Source: an uncultured Spirochaetota bacterium
GTDB lineage: Bacteria > Spirochaetota > Spirochaetia > SZUA-6 > Fen-1364
Length of the DNA: 64,000 bases
Assembly (NCBI GenBank): GCA_963745235.1
Contig: CAVUXE010000099.1
Coordinates: 32,001 to 96,000 of the forward strand
Reading direction: 5' to 3'
Part shown: positions 50,887 to 61,622 of the stretch, one piece after another
How the letters are laid out: each line of letters begins with the position of its first letter
Position numbering within the stretch: position 1 is the stretch's first letter
Translations under genes and position numbers: made by a program
The notes under the pieces: generated by a model
Database searches by the model: none
Seen by the model: only the letters and a program-made list of their open reading frames with translations
What the model was told of the DNA's origin: nothing

Positions 50887-50906
50887 GCGCAAAGGCAAGG
50901 ACACAC

Positions 50907-53147
50907 ATGGAACATCGTGTGACATTCAAAATCGGGGAAGAGGAGCTGATCCTGGAGACGGGAAAGATGGCCAAGCAGGCCAACGGCGCCGTCTTTGCCC
51001 GGCTGGGCGGCTCGGCGGTGCTGGCCACGGCCTGCTGCGCGAGCAACGAAAAAGAGGATCTGGACTTCATCCCCTTGTCGGTGGACTACATAGAGAAGTA
51101 CTACGCCGCGGGAAAGATCCCCGGCGGGTTCATCAAGCGTGAAGGCAGGCCCAAGGACAAGGAAGTCCTCGTCTCACGGCTCATCGACAGGCCCATTCGG
51201 CCCCTGTTCTCCAAGCTCTTCCGGCGGGAGATCCAGGTCATCCCCATGGCCATCTCCACTGACCAGGTCAATCCGCCCGACATCCTTGCAATGAACGCGG
51301 CCTCCGCCGCAATCACCATTTCCGACATTCCGTTCGAAGGGCCCATCGGAGCCGTCCGCATGGGGTACGTGAACGGCGTGCTGGTGGTCAACCCGACTTT
51401 CGACCAGCTGGATGAGAGCACGATAGACCTGGTGGTGGCCGGGACGGCCAAGGGCATCACCATGGTGGAAGGCGGGTCACGGCAGGTGCCCGAGGCGCTC
51501 ATCATCGAGGCCATCGAGAAGGCGCACGTGAACATCCGGGAGTTGTGCCGGATCCAGCTCGAGCTGGCCCAGAAGGCCGGCAAGAAGAAGCTTCCGCTCA
51601 TCGAGAAGCCCTCCACGTTCACCATGGGAGCAGAGGTGCGAAGCTGGGCTTTCGAAAAGCTGAACGCGGCCTGCTTCGTGAAGGGCAAGGAAGAGCGCGC
51701 CAAGGCCATCAGGGCGGTGCGGGACCAGGCGCAGGCGTTCTTCGCGAGCCGCCTGGCGGAGACCGACATCCGTCCGTTCAAGGCGCTCTTCGAGGACATG
51801 GAGCAGGAGATCCTTCGACAGTCCATCGCGGAAAGAGGGCTTCGCACGGACGGAAGGAAGCCGGACCAGATCCGCCCCATCACCTGCGAGATCGATGTCC
51901 TTCCGCGCACGCACGGCTCCGCCCTTTTCACCCGCGGAGAGACGCAGGCGCTCGTGGTCACCACCCTGGGGACCGCCCTTGATGAGCAGATCATGGACAA
52001 CATAGACGGGGACAGCAAGAAGAGCTTCATGCTGCACTACAATTTCCCGCCGTTCTCCGTCGGGGAAGTGGGAAGGCTCGGGTCCCCCGGGCGCCGCGAG
52101 ATCGGCCACGGGCACCTTGCAGAGCGCGCAATCCAGATGGTCCTGCCGGCCAAGGAAAACTTCCCGTACACCGTTCGGATCGTGTCAGAGATCCTCGAAT
52201 CCAACGGCTCTTCCTCCATGGCGACGGTGTGCGGAAGCACGCTGAGCCTGCTCAACGCGGGCGTACGGATCATCAAGCCCGTTGCCGGAATAGCGATGGG
52301 CCTGGTCAAGGAGGGTGACAAGTTCGTCGTCCTCAGCGACATCCTGGGAGAGGAAGACCACCTGGGAGACATGGACTTCAAGGTGGCGGGCACCGAAGAC
52401 GGGATCACCGCCCTCCAGATGGACATCAAGATCGAGGGAGTCAGCGCGGAGATACTGCAGAAGGCACTCGGCCAGGCCCATGACGGACGCATGCACATAC
52501 TGTCCATCATGAACCAGACCATCTCCCAGCCCCGAAGCGACATCTCGGATTTCGCGCCCAAGGTCATCTCCATCCGCGTTCCCACGGAGAAGATCGGCCT
52601 GATCATCGGCCCGGGCGGAAAGAACATCAAGGGCATGAGCGAGAAGACCGGCTCCCAGATCAACATCGATGACGACGGCATGGTGACCATCTACAACCGC
52701 CAGAAAGACGGGGCTGAGAAGGCCCAGAAAATGGTCGAGTCGCTCGTCGAAGAGGCGGTGGTGGGCAAGGTGTACACCGGCCCCGTGAAGAGGATCATGG
52801 ATTTCGGCGCCTTCGTTGAGATCCTCCCGGGCAAGGAAGGCCTTGTTCACATATCCAAGCTGGCGGCAACCCGCGTGGAGCACGTGAGCGACGTCGTGAA
52901 GGAAGGCCAGGTGCTGACCGTCAAGGTCACGGAGATCGACCACATGGGCCGGATCAACCTTGCCACCCTGGAAGCCCTGGAGGCAAACCCGGGTCTCATG
53001 ACGGAAAAGACTGAACGACGGCCGCCGCGGCGGGACGGTGACAGACCCTTCCGGTCGGACCGCAGACCCGGAGGGCCCCGCGGGGATGGACCTCGAGGGG
53101 ACGGGCCGCGGGGCGGGGGGCCGCGCACGCACCGGAGAGATGGGTGA
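50907..53147 (+). CDS. pnp: Polyribonucleotide nucleotidyltransferase
   Basis: Has FTRGETQ, RREIGHG, SNGSSSMA and GDMDFKVAG, then KH and S1 domains and a GPRGD-repeat tail. Confidence 0.98.
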   Translation: MEHRVTFKIGEEELILETGKMAKQANGAVFARLGGSAVLATACCASNEKEDLDFIPLSVDYIEKYYAAGKIPGGFIKREGRPKDKEVLVSRLIDRPIRPLFSKLFRREIQVIPMAISTDQVNPPDILAMNAASAAITISDIPFEGPIGAVRMGYVNGVLVVNPTFDQLDESTIDLVVAGTAKGITMVEGGSRQVPEALIIEAIEKAHVNIRELCRIQLELAQKAGKKKLPLIEKPSTFTMGAEVRSWAFEKLNAACFVKGKEERAKAIRAVRDQAQAFFASRLAETDIRPFKALFEDMEQEILRQSIAERGLRTDGRKPDQIRPITCEIDVLPRTHGSALFTRGETQALVVTTLGTALDEQIMDNIDGDSKKSFMLHYNFPPFSVGEVGRLGSPGRREIGHGHLAERAIQMVLPAKENFPYTVRIVSEILESNGSSSMATVCGSTLSLLNAGVRIIKPVAGIAMGLVKEGDKFVVLSDILGEEDHLGDMDFKVAGTEDGITALQMDIKIEGVSAEILQKALGQAHDGRMHILSIMNQTISQPRSDISDFAPKVISIRVPTEKIGLIIGPGGKNIKGMSEKTGSQINIDDDGMVTIYNRQKDGAEKAQKMVESLVEEAVVGKVYTGPVKRIMDFGAFVEILPGKEGLVHISKLAATRVEHVSDVVKEGQVLTVKVTEIDHMGRINLATLEALEANPGLMTEKTERRPPRRDGDRPFRSDRRPGGPRGDGPRGDGPRGGGPRTHRRDG

Positions 53148-54409
53148 TCCTCACGGAGAAGCTGGCGAATGGAGCGTCTCTGCTCCTGGAGCCGGTTGAC
53201 CGCACGGACACCCTCTGCATCGGTTTCTGGTTTCTCCACGGTTCCCGTGATGAAAGCTCGGGGGAAAGGGGCTACTCCCATTTCCTCGAGCATATGCTTT
53301 TCAAGGGGACCGCGCGGAGAAGCGCGCTTTCCATTGCGCAGGAGATAGACCGCGTCGGCGGCATCATCAACGCCTTCACGGAGAAAGAGTCAACCTGCGT
53401 CTACACGATCATTCCCAAGGAACAGCTACGGCTCGCATTTGACATCCTCTCGGACATGACCACCGGCTCCCTCCTGGACCAGGACGAAATGGAAAAGGAG
53501 AAGGCGGTCATCGTGAACGAGATCAGGTCCGTGGACGACTCACCGGAGGAAAAGGGGCACGACCGCTACCTGCGCGAGATGTGCGGTGACCACCCGCTCT
53601 CGCGGAAGATCACCGGCGAGGTGGAAGAGGTGCAGCAGATCTCCCAGGCAGACCTGCTGCGCTTCTACCGCGAAAAGCTCGTGCCGGAAAACACCATCAT
53701 CGCGGTTGCCGGCAACTTCTCGGTTGACGAGGTCCGTGACCTGGCAAAGGCCGTCTTCCCCGCTTCTGGCCGCGGTCATGACCCGGGGAAGCGCTCAACG
53801 CCGTCCTGGACCAGGAAAATCGCCGTTGTTTCGGACAGGTTCAACCAGGTCCAGGTCTACGCCGGCACCTGCTACCCGCTGAACCAGGAGCTTGCCCACT
53901 ACTACACGTCCCTCGTGTTCAGCACCGCCTTCGGTGAGTCCATGAGCTGCCGCCTCTTCCAGAAGCTGCGGGAGCAGCTGGGCTTGTGCTACACCGTGTA
54001 CGCCTTCCGCTCTTTCTTTTCCGATATCGGGATGTGGACCATTTACGCCAGCGCCACCCCCCAGCAGGTGCGCGCGCTCCTGGACGCCCTGGACGCGGAG
54101 CTGGCCCGGCTCCTCGCGGAGCCGCTCAGCCGCCAGGAGATAGACGACGCAAAGAGCCACATTGCGGGAAGCATGATACTCTCCAAGGAGGACATGGAGT
54201 CCCGCATGAAGAGGCTTGTCCGCCAGTTCGTGACCATGGGCAGGGTGCTTGAGTTCGACGAATCTCTGGGAGCTCTTCGCGGCGTTTCCGACGCCGATAT
54301 CGAAGAGTTCGCCCGCAAATGCCTGCGGCGGGACGCCTTCAGCATGCTTGCCTACGGCACGCGCGGGCTCGGCAGCATGCGGAACTTCGATTTCAGTTTT
54401 CCGGGGTAA
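53144..54409 (+). CDS. M16 (pitrilysin) family metallopeptidase
   Basis: Has HFLEHMLFKGT, NAFTEKE and RLFQKLREQLGLCY. Confidence 0.92.
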   Translation: MILTEKLANGASLLLEPVDRTDTLCIGFWFLHGSRDESSGERGYSHFLEHMLFKGTARRSALSIAQEIDRVGGIINAFTEKESTCVYTIIPKEQLRLAFDILSDMTTGSLLDQDEMEKEKAVIVNEIRSVDDSPEEKGHDRYLREMCGDHPLSRKITGEVEEVQQISQADLLRFYREKLVPENTIIAVAGNFSVDEVRDLAKAVFPASGRGHDPGKRSTPSWTRKIAVVSDRFNQVQVYAGTCYPLNQELAHYYTSLVFSTAFGESMSCRLFQKLREQLGLCYTVYAFRSFFSDIGMWTIYASATPQQVRALLDALDAELARLLAEPLSRQEIDDAKSHIAGSMILSKEDMESRMKRLVRQFVTMGRVLEFDESLGALRGVSDADIEEFARKCLRRDAFSMLAYGTRGLGSMRNFDFSFPG

Positions 54410-54415
54410 GAGGCC

Positions 54416-54853
54416 GTGGATATTCCCGTGGTCCGTTGCTCTGTTTCGGGCGGTTCCCTGCCTGAGTACAAGTCCGCGGGCGCTTCCGGCGCGGACCTGT
54501 GCGCGCTGCTCACCGAGGACCTCGTCCTGAAGCCAGGGATGCGCGCGCTGGTGCCAACCGGCGTCCGGCTGGAGATACCACGCGGGTTGGAGGGGCAGGT
54601 GCGGCCCCGGTCCGGGCTTGCCCTGCAGTCCGGGATCACCATCCTCAACTCGCCCGGCACGGTGGACTCCGACTATCGCGGCGAGCTCAAGATAATCCTG
54701 ATCAACCTGGGGGAAAGCGATTTCCGGGTACGAAACGGCGACAGGATTGCCCAGATAGTGTTCAGCCCCGTTGTCCGGGTCACCTTCCTGCGCCAGGATG
54801 AAATTGCTGCCACCACCAGGGGGAGCGGCGGGTTTGGCTCGACCGGGGTCTGA
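54416..54853 (+). CDS. dut: dUTP diphosphatase
   Basis: Has SGADL, RPRSGLA, GTVDSDYRGE, GDRIAQ and RGSGGFGSTG. Confidence 0.97.
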   Translation: MDIPVVRCSVSGGSLPEYKSAGASGADLCALLTEDLVLKPGMRALVPTGVRLEIPRGLEGQVRPRSGLALQSGITILNSPGTVDSDYRGELKIILINLGESDFRVRNGDRIAQIVFSPVVRVTFLRQDEIAATTRGSGGFGSTGV

Positions 54854-56371
54854 AAGACAACTGCTGCTTGCCTGCCTCCTCATCTTTTCCCTGACGGGCG
54901 GGTTCGCCATGGCGCAGGCAGGATCGCTGGCGGCCGGATCTCCAGCATCGCTGGAGACGGCTCGCAACGCGCTGCAGCACGGGGAGAACAAGGCGGCCTT
55001 GGATATTCTCCGAGCCTTCAGAGCCGGAAACCCGGACCAGGCGAGCCTGGATGAGTCCTTCGCGCTGAGCGTTCAGGCCGCCATGGGGGACGGAAACGAA
55101 TACCTGGCGCGCTATTTCACGCAAAGGCTCGTCGCGGGATCCCCCGGTTCAGCGGCGGCGTTCCAGTCCTGCCTCCGGGTGGCCGCCCGAGCGTACGCGT
55201 CGCGATCCTATGCCACCGCCCTGGAGTTCTATGAGGATGCGGTTGCAAGCTTTGACGCCGGGCGCCGGGGGCGCGAGAGGACCTGGACATGGCCCTCCTT
55301 CGAGCCGCGGAGCTGCTGGTCTACCACGAGAGGGACCCGCGGACGGCGGGGTCGTATTTTCATCGTATTGTTCCTGGCAACATACCGCGGGAAGAGCTTC
55401 CCCTGCTGCGAGCCATGCGCGTGCGGCTTGCATGGAGTCATCTTTCGGCCCAGATGCTCGGGCTGCCGGACGGCAACGTCTCCGCCCTCAGGGTGGATGC
55501 GGACGACCTTTGGGTGGGCACGTGGAATGGAGGGGTGGCCCGCTACTCGGTGTCAGCGGGGCGCAGCGACGCTTTTCCGACCCCCACGTTCTGCCGCTCC
55601 ATAGAGGTGGCCGGGCGCCGTGTCTGGGTGGGCGGGACCGACGGGCTGGGGTGGTACGGGAAGGCCACAGGAATCTGGGGAACGGACGCTGCGTTTCTCC
55701 CCCGCAAAGTGCAGGCCTTGAAGCTGGTCGGTGGAGTCCTCTATGCTGGCACCCTGGGAGATGGCCTGTTCCGGCTGGGCTCCGACTCCTGGGCGCAGGT
55801 GACCGACGGCGACCTTCCCGGTCCCTTCGTGACCTGCATCGAAGAGTCCCGCAGGAGCGGCTCGCTGTATCTTGGCACGTTGAGCCTCGGCCTCGTGATC
55901 ATGGACAAGGGGACAGGCCGCATGAAAAGTCTCTCCGAGATCGTCTCCTCGTTCTCCGCCTCCAACATCACGAGCGTTCTCGAGGACTCGGAGGGAAGCG
56001 TGTGGATTGCGACGTACGGGGATGGCCTCTATCTGTGGCTGCCCGCCGCGAGGACAATCCGCCACTTCAGCAAGTCAACGGGTGAGCTGGGAGATGACTG
56101 GGTCCTGGCGGTCTGCGAGACGGACAGCGCGGTCTATTTTGGCAGCTTTGGCGGGGGCGTCAGCGCTTTCCGAAAGGCGGCCCTGCCGAAGGCGGCCTCG
56201 CTGAAGGCGGCGGCTCCGGCAGTCGAGAGCAGCCGGTGGCGCAGGATCGGGATCTCGGACGGGCTTGGCTCCCTGGATGTATCCGCAATTGCCTCCCGGG
56301 CGCCGTACGTCTTCTTCGGCACGCTGGGGGCCGGGGTGAGCGTCTACGACGAGGAAGCCGATGGTCCGTAG
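54850..56371 (+). CDS. Exported TPR-like plus beta-propeller protein, frameshift near 55270
   Basis: Signal peptide and helical N-domain, then repeats LWVGTWNGG, LYAGTLGDGL, WIATYGDGL and FFGTLGAG. Start codon is uncertain. Confidence 0.7.
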
Positions 56372-57647
56372 CTATCTGCGCACGTACCTGTACGTGGGAC
56401 GCGAGTACCTGCTCTCGTTCGCCGTGGCGTTCCTCTTTTTCTTCTTCATTTTTTTCCTGAACCAGATCCTCGTCATGGCTGAGGAAATCTTCTCGAAGAA
56501 GGTCCCCTTCTGGGACGTCCTGCTCCTCGTCATCTATTCGCTTCCGATTGTCATCGCCTTCTCTTTTCCCTTCGGGTCCCTCGTGGGGGCGTTGATGGCC
56601 GTTGGAAGGCTTTCCTCCGACAACGAGCTCCTGGCCTTCGGCGCCCTGGGAGTGCCCTCCCGCCACCTGGTCGCTCCCCTGCTCATCGTGGGGCTGCTGC
56701 TTTTCCCTCGTGTCCTTCGTCATGAACGACTACTTCCTTCCCCTGGGGAACATCCGCTTCGCGGAGATCTACCGGCGGATCCTGTACTCCAATCCCGCCG
56801 TGGAGCTGGAGTCGCACTCGATAAAGAAGTACGAGAACACGACCATCATCACGGGTGATGTCGATGGAAAGCAGATCAAGGACCTTCTCATCATCGACAA
56901 GTCCCCGGAGGGAAACCGGCGCATCATCACGGCCAGGGACGCGCACCTGGAGGAGAGCCGGGCGCAGCGGGGCGTCGTCTCCCTTACCCTGGACTCCGTT
57001 TTCACCCAGGTGAGCTACCCGGCAGAGGGGGACCGCTACGACTACACCGTTGCGCAGTCGATGGTCTACAACATACTCTTGAAGGACATCTCCGTGTCCC
57101 TGGGCGGGATCAACCCGTCCTACCAGAGCTCCGTGGATGTCTGGAAAGAGATCCGCGGCAAGCAGGCGGACCAGGACAAGGCGCAACGCGAAAAGGACCA
57201 GAAGGTGAAAGAGCTCCAGTTCGGGCTTGCCTCCGGGCTGCGCGCGGCGGAAACGGCGGCGGCTGCGGATCCATCGCAGCTTGGCGGCCGCGCGGCAGCA
57301 AGGTGGTCGAGCTGTGGCGGGACTTCTCCGCGGAGGAGGCCAGGAACGTCACGGACCAGGCCCTGCAGGCGTATCTCCTGGAGTTCTACCGCAAGTTCTC
57401 CATGCCCGCCGCCTGCCTCGTCTTCGCCTACTTCGCGTTCCCCGTGGGCGTTCGGGCCCGGCGGAGCGGACGCACGGTGGGCTTTGCCGTGGGGCTTTTC
57501 GTCTCCATCGTGTACTGGGGAATGCTCTTTGCCGGCCAGACCTTCGGCGTCAGGATGTCGCTCTCCCCGGCGTTCTCCATGTGGTTTCCGGACGCCATCG
57601 TCCTGGCGGCGGCCCTGGTCTTCTTCATCTCGAGAAGGGCCAGATGA
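56361..57647 (+). CDS. LptF/LptG family permease, frameshifts near 56700 and 57290
   Basis: Has GRLSSDNELLAFGALGV, EFYRKFSMPAAC and MWFPD. Confidence 0.88.
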
Positions 57648-58723
57648 GCATCCTCTACCGTATGCTGATCCGCCAGTTTCTTCCCCTGTTCCTCCTGGCT
57701 GTCCTGTTTTTCGTGCTGCTGCTCCAGCTCATCGACGTCTTCGGAAGCATCTGGCGCTACTTCGCCCACGACGTCAGCTTCGCGCAGATCGGCTGGATCG
57801 CGCTTCTCTATGCGCCGAAATGCATCTCGTACGCCCTTCCCGTGTCGTTCCTGTTCGGCATCTCGTACTCCCTGGGCCTCTTTTACGCCAACAACGAGCT
57901 GTTCGCGATCTTTGGCTCGGGGGTAAGCCTTCAGCGCCTGGTAGCTCCTTTCCTTGCCATCGGCGTCATCCTGAGCGTGGGGGCCTTCTTCTTCGAGGAC
58001 GCGGTGGTCATTCCGACCTTCCGGATGAAAAACGATGCATACACGGACGCCGTCAAACAGACCACTTCCCTCAGCCAGTCCAATGTGACGGTGACAAGCC
58101 CTGACCAGCGCGTGGTGTACCAGGCAGACTACTACAACGACGCCGAGCAGCGGCTCTCCGGGCTGACCATCGTCGTTCGTGACTCCCAGATGGAGATATC
58201 CCAGCGCATAGACGCCCAGTGGGGCGAATGGAAGGGCACGCACTGGGTGCTCCACGAGTGCAGCGTTTTCACCTGGAGCCCGGACACCGCGACCCTGAGC
58301 AATACAAAGGCCGCAATCTGGGATTCGGCCCTCCTCGGAGAGCCGCCGGACACTTTCCGCAAGCTGTCGCAAAACGTGGAGGAGATGGACCGGGCGGAGT
58401 CCCAGCGATACGTGGCCGCAATCCGCAAGGCGGGGCTGCCGTTCCGGGAGGCTCTCACCGACTATTATCGCAAGTACTCCTTTGCGAGCACTCCCCTGAT
58501 CGTGGCTCTCATCGCGAGCAGTCTCGGAAGCACTTTCAAGAAGAACATCCTGCTGATGAGCCTGCTCTCCGCGCTCGTCATATCGGTGGTCTTCTATGTC
58601 TCGCAGATGGTCGCGGCAATCCTCTCCAAGAACGGCTACATTCCCCCCCTGGCCGGCGCGTGGAGCCCTTTCTCCCTTTTCCTCGTGCTCGGTTTCATGC
58701 TATTCAGAACCGCACGCACATAG
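57644..58723 (+). CDS. LptF/LptG family permease
   Basis: Has NNELFAIFGSGVSLQR and IPPLAGAWSP, with a 3+3 TM layout. Confidence 0.88.
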   Translation: MSILYRMLIRQFLPLFLLAVLFFVLLLQLIDVFGSIWRYFAHDVSFAQIGWIALLYAPKCISYALPVSFLFGISYSLGLFYANNELFAIFGSGVSLQRLVAPFLAIGVILSVGAFFFEDAVVIPTFRMKNDAYTDAVKQTTSLSQSNVTVTSPDQRVVYQADYYNDAEQRLSGLTIVVRDSQMEISQRIDAQWGEWKGTHWVLHECSVFTWSPDTATLSNTKAAIWDSALLGEPPDTFRKLSQNVEEMDRAESQRYVAAIRKAGLPFREALTDYYRKYSFASTPLIVALIASSLGSTFKKNILLMSLLSALVISVVFYVSQMVAAILSKNGYIPPLAGAWSPFSLFLVLGFMLFRTART

Positions 58724-58739
58724 GAAGGGAACAGCGATC

Positions 58740-59687
58740 ATGGAATACGCAGCGGGCATTGATTTCGGGGGAACCTCTGCGAAGATCGGGCTGATCGGAA
58801 GAGACGGCGCGGTCCTTGCCAAGGAAACCGTGCCCATCGATTCCCGCGCGGATTTCGAGGGCGTCATGCGTCCAGTTGCCGAAAGGCTCAACGCCCTGGT
58901 GTCGCGGAGACCGGGCACGGACCGGCTGATCGTCGCCGGGATCGGGATGCCGGGCTTCATCGAGAAGCAGGCGGGGATCGTTGTCGGCGGCGCTGAGAAC
59001 ATTCCGTGCTTTCAGGGCAGGTCTCCCCAGGACTCCATTTCCCGGGCCCTCGGCGTTCCCGCGTTCTCGGAAAACGATGCAACCAGCGCGGCCGCGGGAG
59101 AGCTGATTTTCGGCGCCGGGAGGAAGCTCTCGAGCTTCCTCCTCATCACGCTGGGAACCGCAATCGGCGGCGGGCTCGTCCTGGAGGGCAGGGTATACCG
59201 CGGCTCCCGCGGCTTTGCCGGAGAAGTGGGCCATCTCTGCGTGGTGGCGGACGGGCTTCAGTGCAACTGCGGCAGCAGGGGATGTTTCGAGCAATATGCC
59301 TCCGGGACGGCAATGGTTCGCACGTATCGGGAGAAGCTTCGAAAACGCGGCTGTGAGGATCTGGCCGCCACGCCGAAGACCATCGCGGACCGGGCCCGCT
59401 CAGGGGATGCGCCGGCTCGGGAGACCATTGAAGAGGCCGGCCGCTACATCGCGCAGGCCCTGGGGAGCATCCTCAACGTCCTGGACCTCGAGGCGTGCCT
59501 GGTGGGCGGCGGAGTGGCGGAGGCGGGAGACATCCTTCTTGAGCCCGTGAGGCAGAGACTGCCGGACTACTGCTGGCCCGAGATCGCAAAAGGAATGCGG
59601 GTGCTGAGGGCGGAGCTGGGAAATGACGCCGGCATCCTCGGAGCCGCGGCCCAGGCCCTGGAGCGCCTGGAAGGCGCGGTGAGCTGA
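58740..59687 (+). CDS. ROK family sugar kinase
   Basis: Has GIDFGGTS, ENDA, GEVGH, CNCGSRGCFE and LGNDAGILGAA. No HTH. Confidence 0.9.
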   Translation: MEYAAGIDFGGTSAKIGLIGRDGAVLAKETVPIDSRADFEGVMRPVAERLNALVSRRPGTDRLIVAGIGMPGFIEKQAGIVVGGAENIPCFQGRSPQDSISRALGVPAFSENDATSAAAGELIFGAGRKLSSFLLITLGTAIGGGLVLEGRVYRGSRGFAGEVGHLCVVADGLQCNCGSRGCFEQYASGTAMVRTYREKLRKRGCEDLAATPKTIADRARSGDAPARETIEEAGRYIAQALGSILNVLDLEACLVGGGVAEAGDILLEPVRQRLPDYCWPEIAKGMRVLRAELGNDAGILGAAAQALERLEGAVS

Positions 59688-60832
59688 TGGCGTTCACCAT
59701 CTCCCACCGTGACCCGGGCTGCCAGGCGCGCACGGGTTCACTTGCGCTCAATCACGGAACCGTGTCCACTCCCTGCTTCATGCCGGTGGGAACCAACGCT
59801 ACTGTCAAGGCCATGAAGAACAGGGACCTGGAGGAAATCGGGGTCAACCTCATCCTGGGAAACACGTACCACCTCTACCTGAGGCCGGGCCGCGAGGTGA
59901 TCCGCGAAGCGGGCGGACTGCACTCCTTCATGGGATGGCGCCACAACATCCTCACGGACTCCGGCGGCTACCAGGTATTCTCCCTTTCCTCCTTTCGAAA
60001 GGTGGAGGACGACGGGGTGGTGTTCCGCTCCCACCTGGACGGGTCCACGCACCGCCTCACCCCGGAGGACGTGCTGGACATCCAGATGGTCCTGGGAAGC
60101 GACGTGATGATGCCGCTGGATGAGTGCACCGCGCCGGGGATAACCCGGGAGGCAGCGGCCAGCGCTCTTGCCAGGACCACCGCGTGGCTCGGTCGGACCA
60201 GCAGGGAATGGCGGGGACGACGAGCCGCCATGACGGGCCAGCTCTTCGGCATCATGCAGGGCAACTTCTTCAAGGACCTGCGCGCGCAAAGCGCGTCGGA
60301 GATCGCCGCGCTGGACCTGCCCGGCTACGCAATCGGGGGCCTCTCTGTGGGGGAGGAGTTCCCGGTGTTCAGGGACCTGCTCCATTACTCCGCGTCCCTT
60401 CTCCCGGACGACAAGCCGAAGTACCTGATGGGAATCGGGACACCGCAATACATCCTGGAGGCGGTGGAAGCAGGGATCGACTTGTTCGACTGCGTCTTTC
60501 CCACGCGCACGGCGCGAAACGCGCAGGTCTTCAGCTCCGAAGGGCCCCTCTCCCTGAGGAACGAGAAGTACAGGAACGACTTTCGGCCAATTGATGAGCA
60601 GTGCGAATGCGAGACGTGCAGGAGCCACTCCCGCGCCTACCTCCGCCATCTGTTCAAGGCGAAGGAGATCGAGGCCGCGGTCCTCGCGACGTGCCATAAC
60701 CTCACGTGGCTCCACCGTTTTGTCCAATCCGTGCGGGACGCAATCTCGCGGGGCCAGTTCATGCGCTTCAAGTCGGATTTCCTGGAACGCCTGGGGGAAA
60801 CACCCGAGCCCCTGCGGCAGGGAGCAGACTGA
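59687..60832 (+). CDS. tgt: Queuine tRNA-guanine transglycosylase
   Basis: Has TPCFMPVGT, NTYHL, TDSGGYQVFSL, FDCVFPTR and CECETC. Confidence 0.97.
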   Translation: MAFTISHRDPGCQARTGSLALNHGTVSTPCFMPVGTNATVKAMKNRDLEEIGVNLILGNTYHLYLRPGREVIREAGGLHSFMGWRHNILTDSGGYQVFSLSSFRKVEDDGVVFRSHLDGSTHRLTPEDVLDIQMVLGSDVMMPLDECTAPGITREAAASALARTTAWLGRTSREWRGRRAAMTGQLFGIMQGNFFKDLRAQSASEIAALDLPGYAIGGLSVGEEFPVFRDLLHYSASLLPDDKPKYLMGIGTPQYILEAVEAGIDLFDCVFPTRTARNAQVFSSEGPLSLRNEKYRNDFRPIDEQCECETCRSHSRAYLRHLFKAKEIEAAVLATCHNLTWLHRFVQSVRDAISRGQFMRFKSDFLERLGETPEPLRQGAD

Positions 60833-61606
60833 TGCGGTCCGCGTTCCTCGCCCTTGCAATCATGGCCGTTCCCGCCCTGGCGCTCCACGGGCAGTCGACG
60901 CAGACAGGCGAGGTTTCCCTCCCCCGCGAGGCCGTGCGGGCGGCCATGGGGTACCTCGGGGTACCGTACGTCCACGGCGGCGCCACGACGCACGGGCTCG
61001 ATTGCTCGGGCCTCGTGTACCGCGTGCTCCAGGACACCGAGGGAATAGCGGCTCCCCGCGGAGTCGACGCCCTTTTCCATGCGGGGTCTTCCGTGACATA
61101 CCCCATTCACATCGGGGACCTCGTGTTCTTTGACACGGAAAGCCTGGCACACCCGATCATTCCTTCGCACGTGGGCATCTACGCCGGAAACGGCAGGTTC
61201 ATCCACGCGGCATCGGAAGGGAGCCGCACAGGCGTCATTGTCTCCTCGCTGGACATCCCGTACTACCATGACCGCTTCCTGGGCGCGCGCCGGATCATTC
61301 CCTGGCGCGAGCCCGTGCTGGACGTTGTTCTCACCGACAGGGCGAAAGAGCTCACGACGGCCAGCCCGTTCCCGTCCCGGGAGAAAATGACCATCGAGGT
61401 CTTCAACAGGATGACAGGGGGAGGGCCCATGGACCTCACGGTCCTGAGGGACGGAAGACAGGTCCTGGCGGCCCGCATTGCGCCGGGTGCCTCTCGCCCG
61501 GCGGTCATCCCGCTTGTTCCCGACGCGGGCACCTGGGACGTCAGGGTCGAGCCGGCTGTGGAAGGGGAGGGAGCTTGAGCGCATCACCTTCACGGTCGAG
61601 GAATAG
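60832..61606 (+). CDS. Exported NlpC/P60 (C40) peptidase with C-terminal beta domain, frameshift near 61555
   Basis: Has YLGVPYVHGG, GLDCSG, GDLVFF and HVGIYAGNGRFIHA. Confidence 0.88.
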
Positions 61607-61622
61607 GGTGAGGAAACCATAA

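Noticed and set aside
2625-60859. Long antisense or alternate-frame ORFs (e.g. 2625-4223, 26100-27605, 51101-52030, 59738-60859)
   Set aside because: These are shadow ORFs typical of high-GC3 genes and carry no recognisable motifs.
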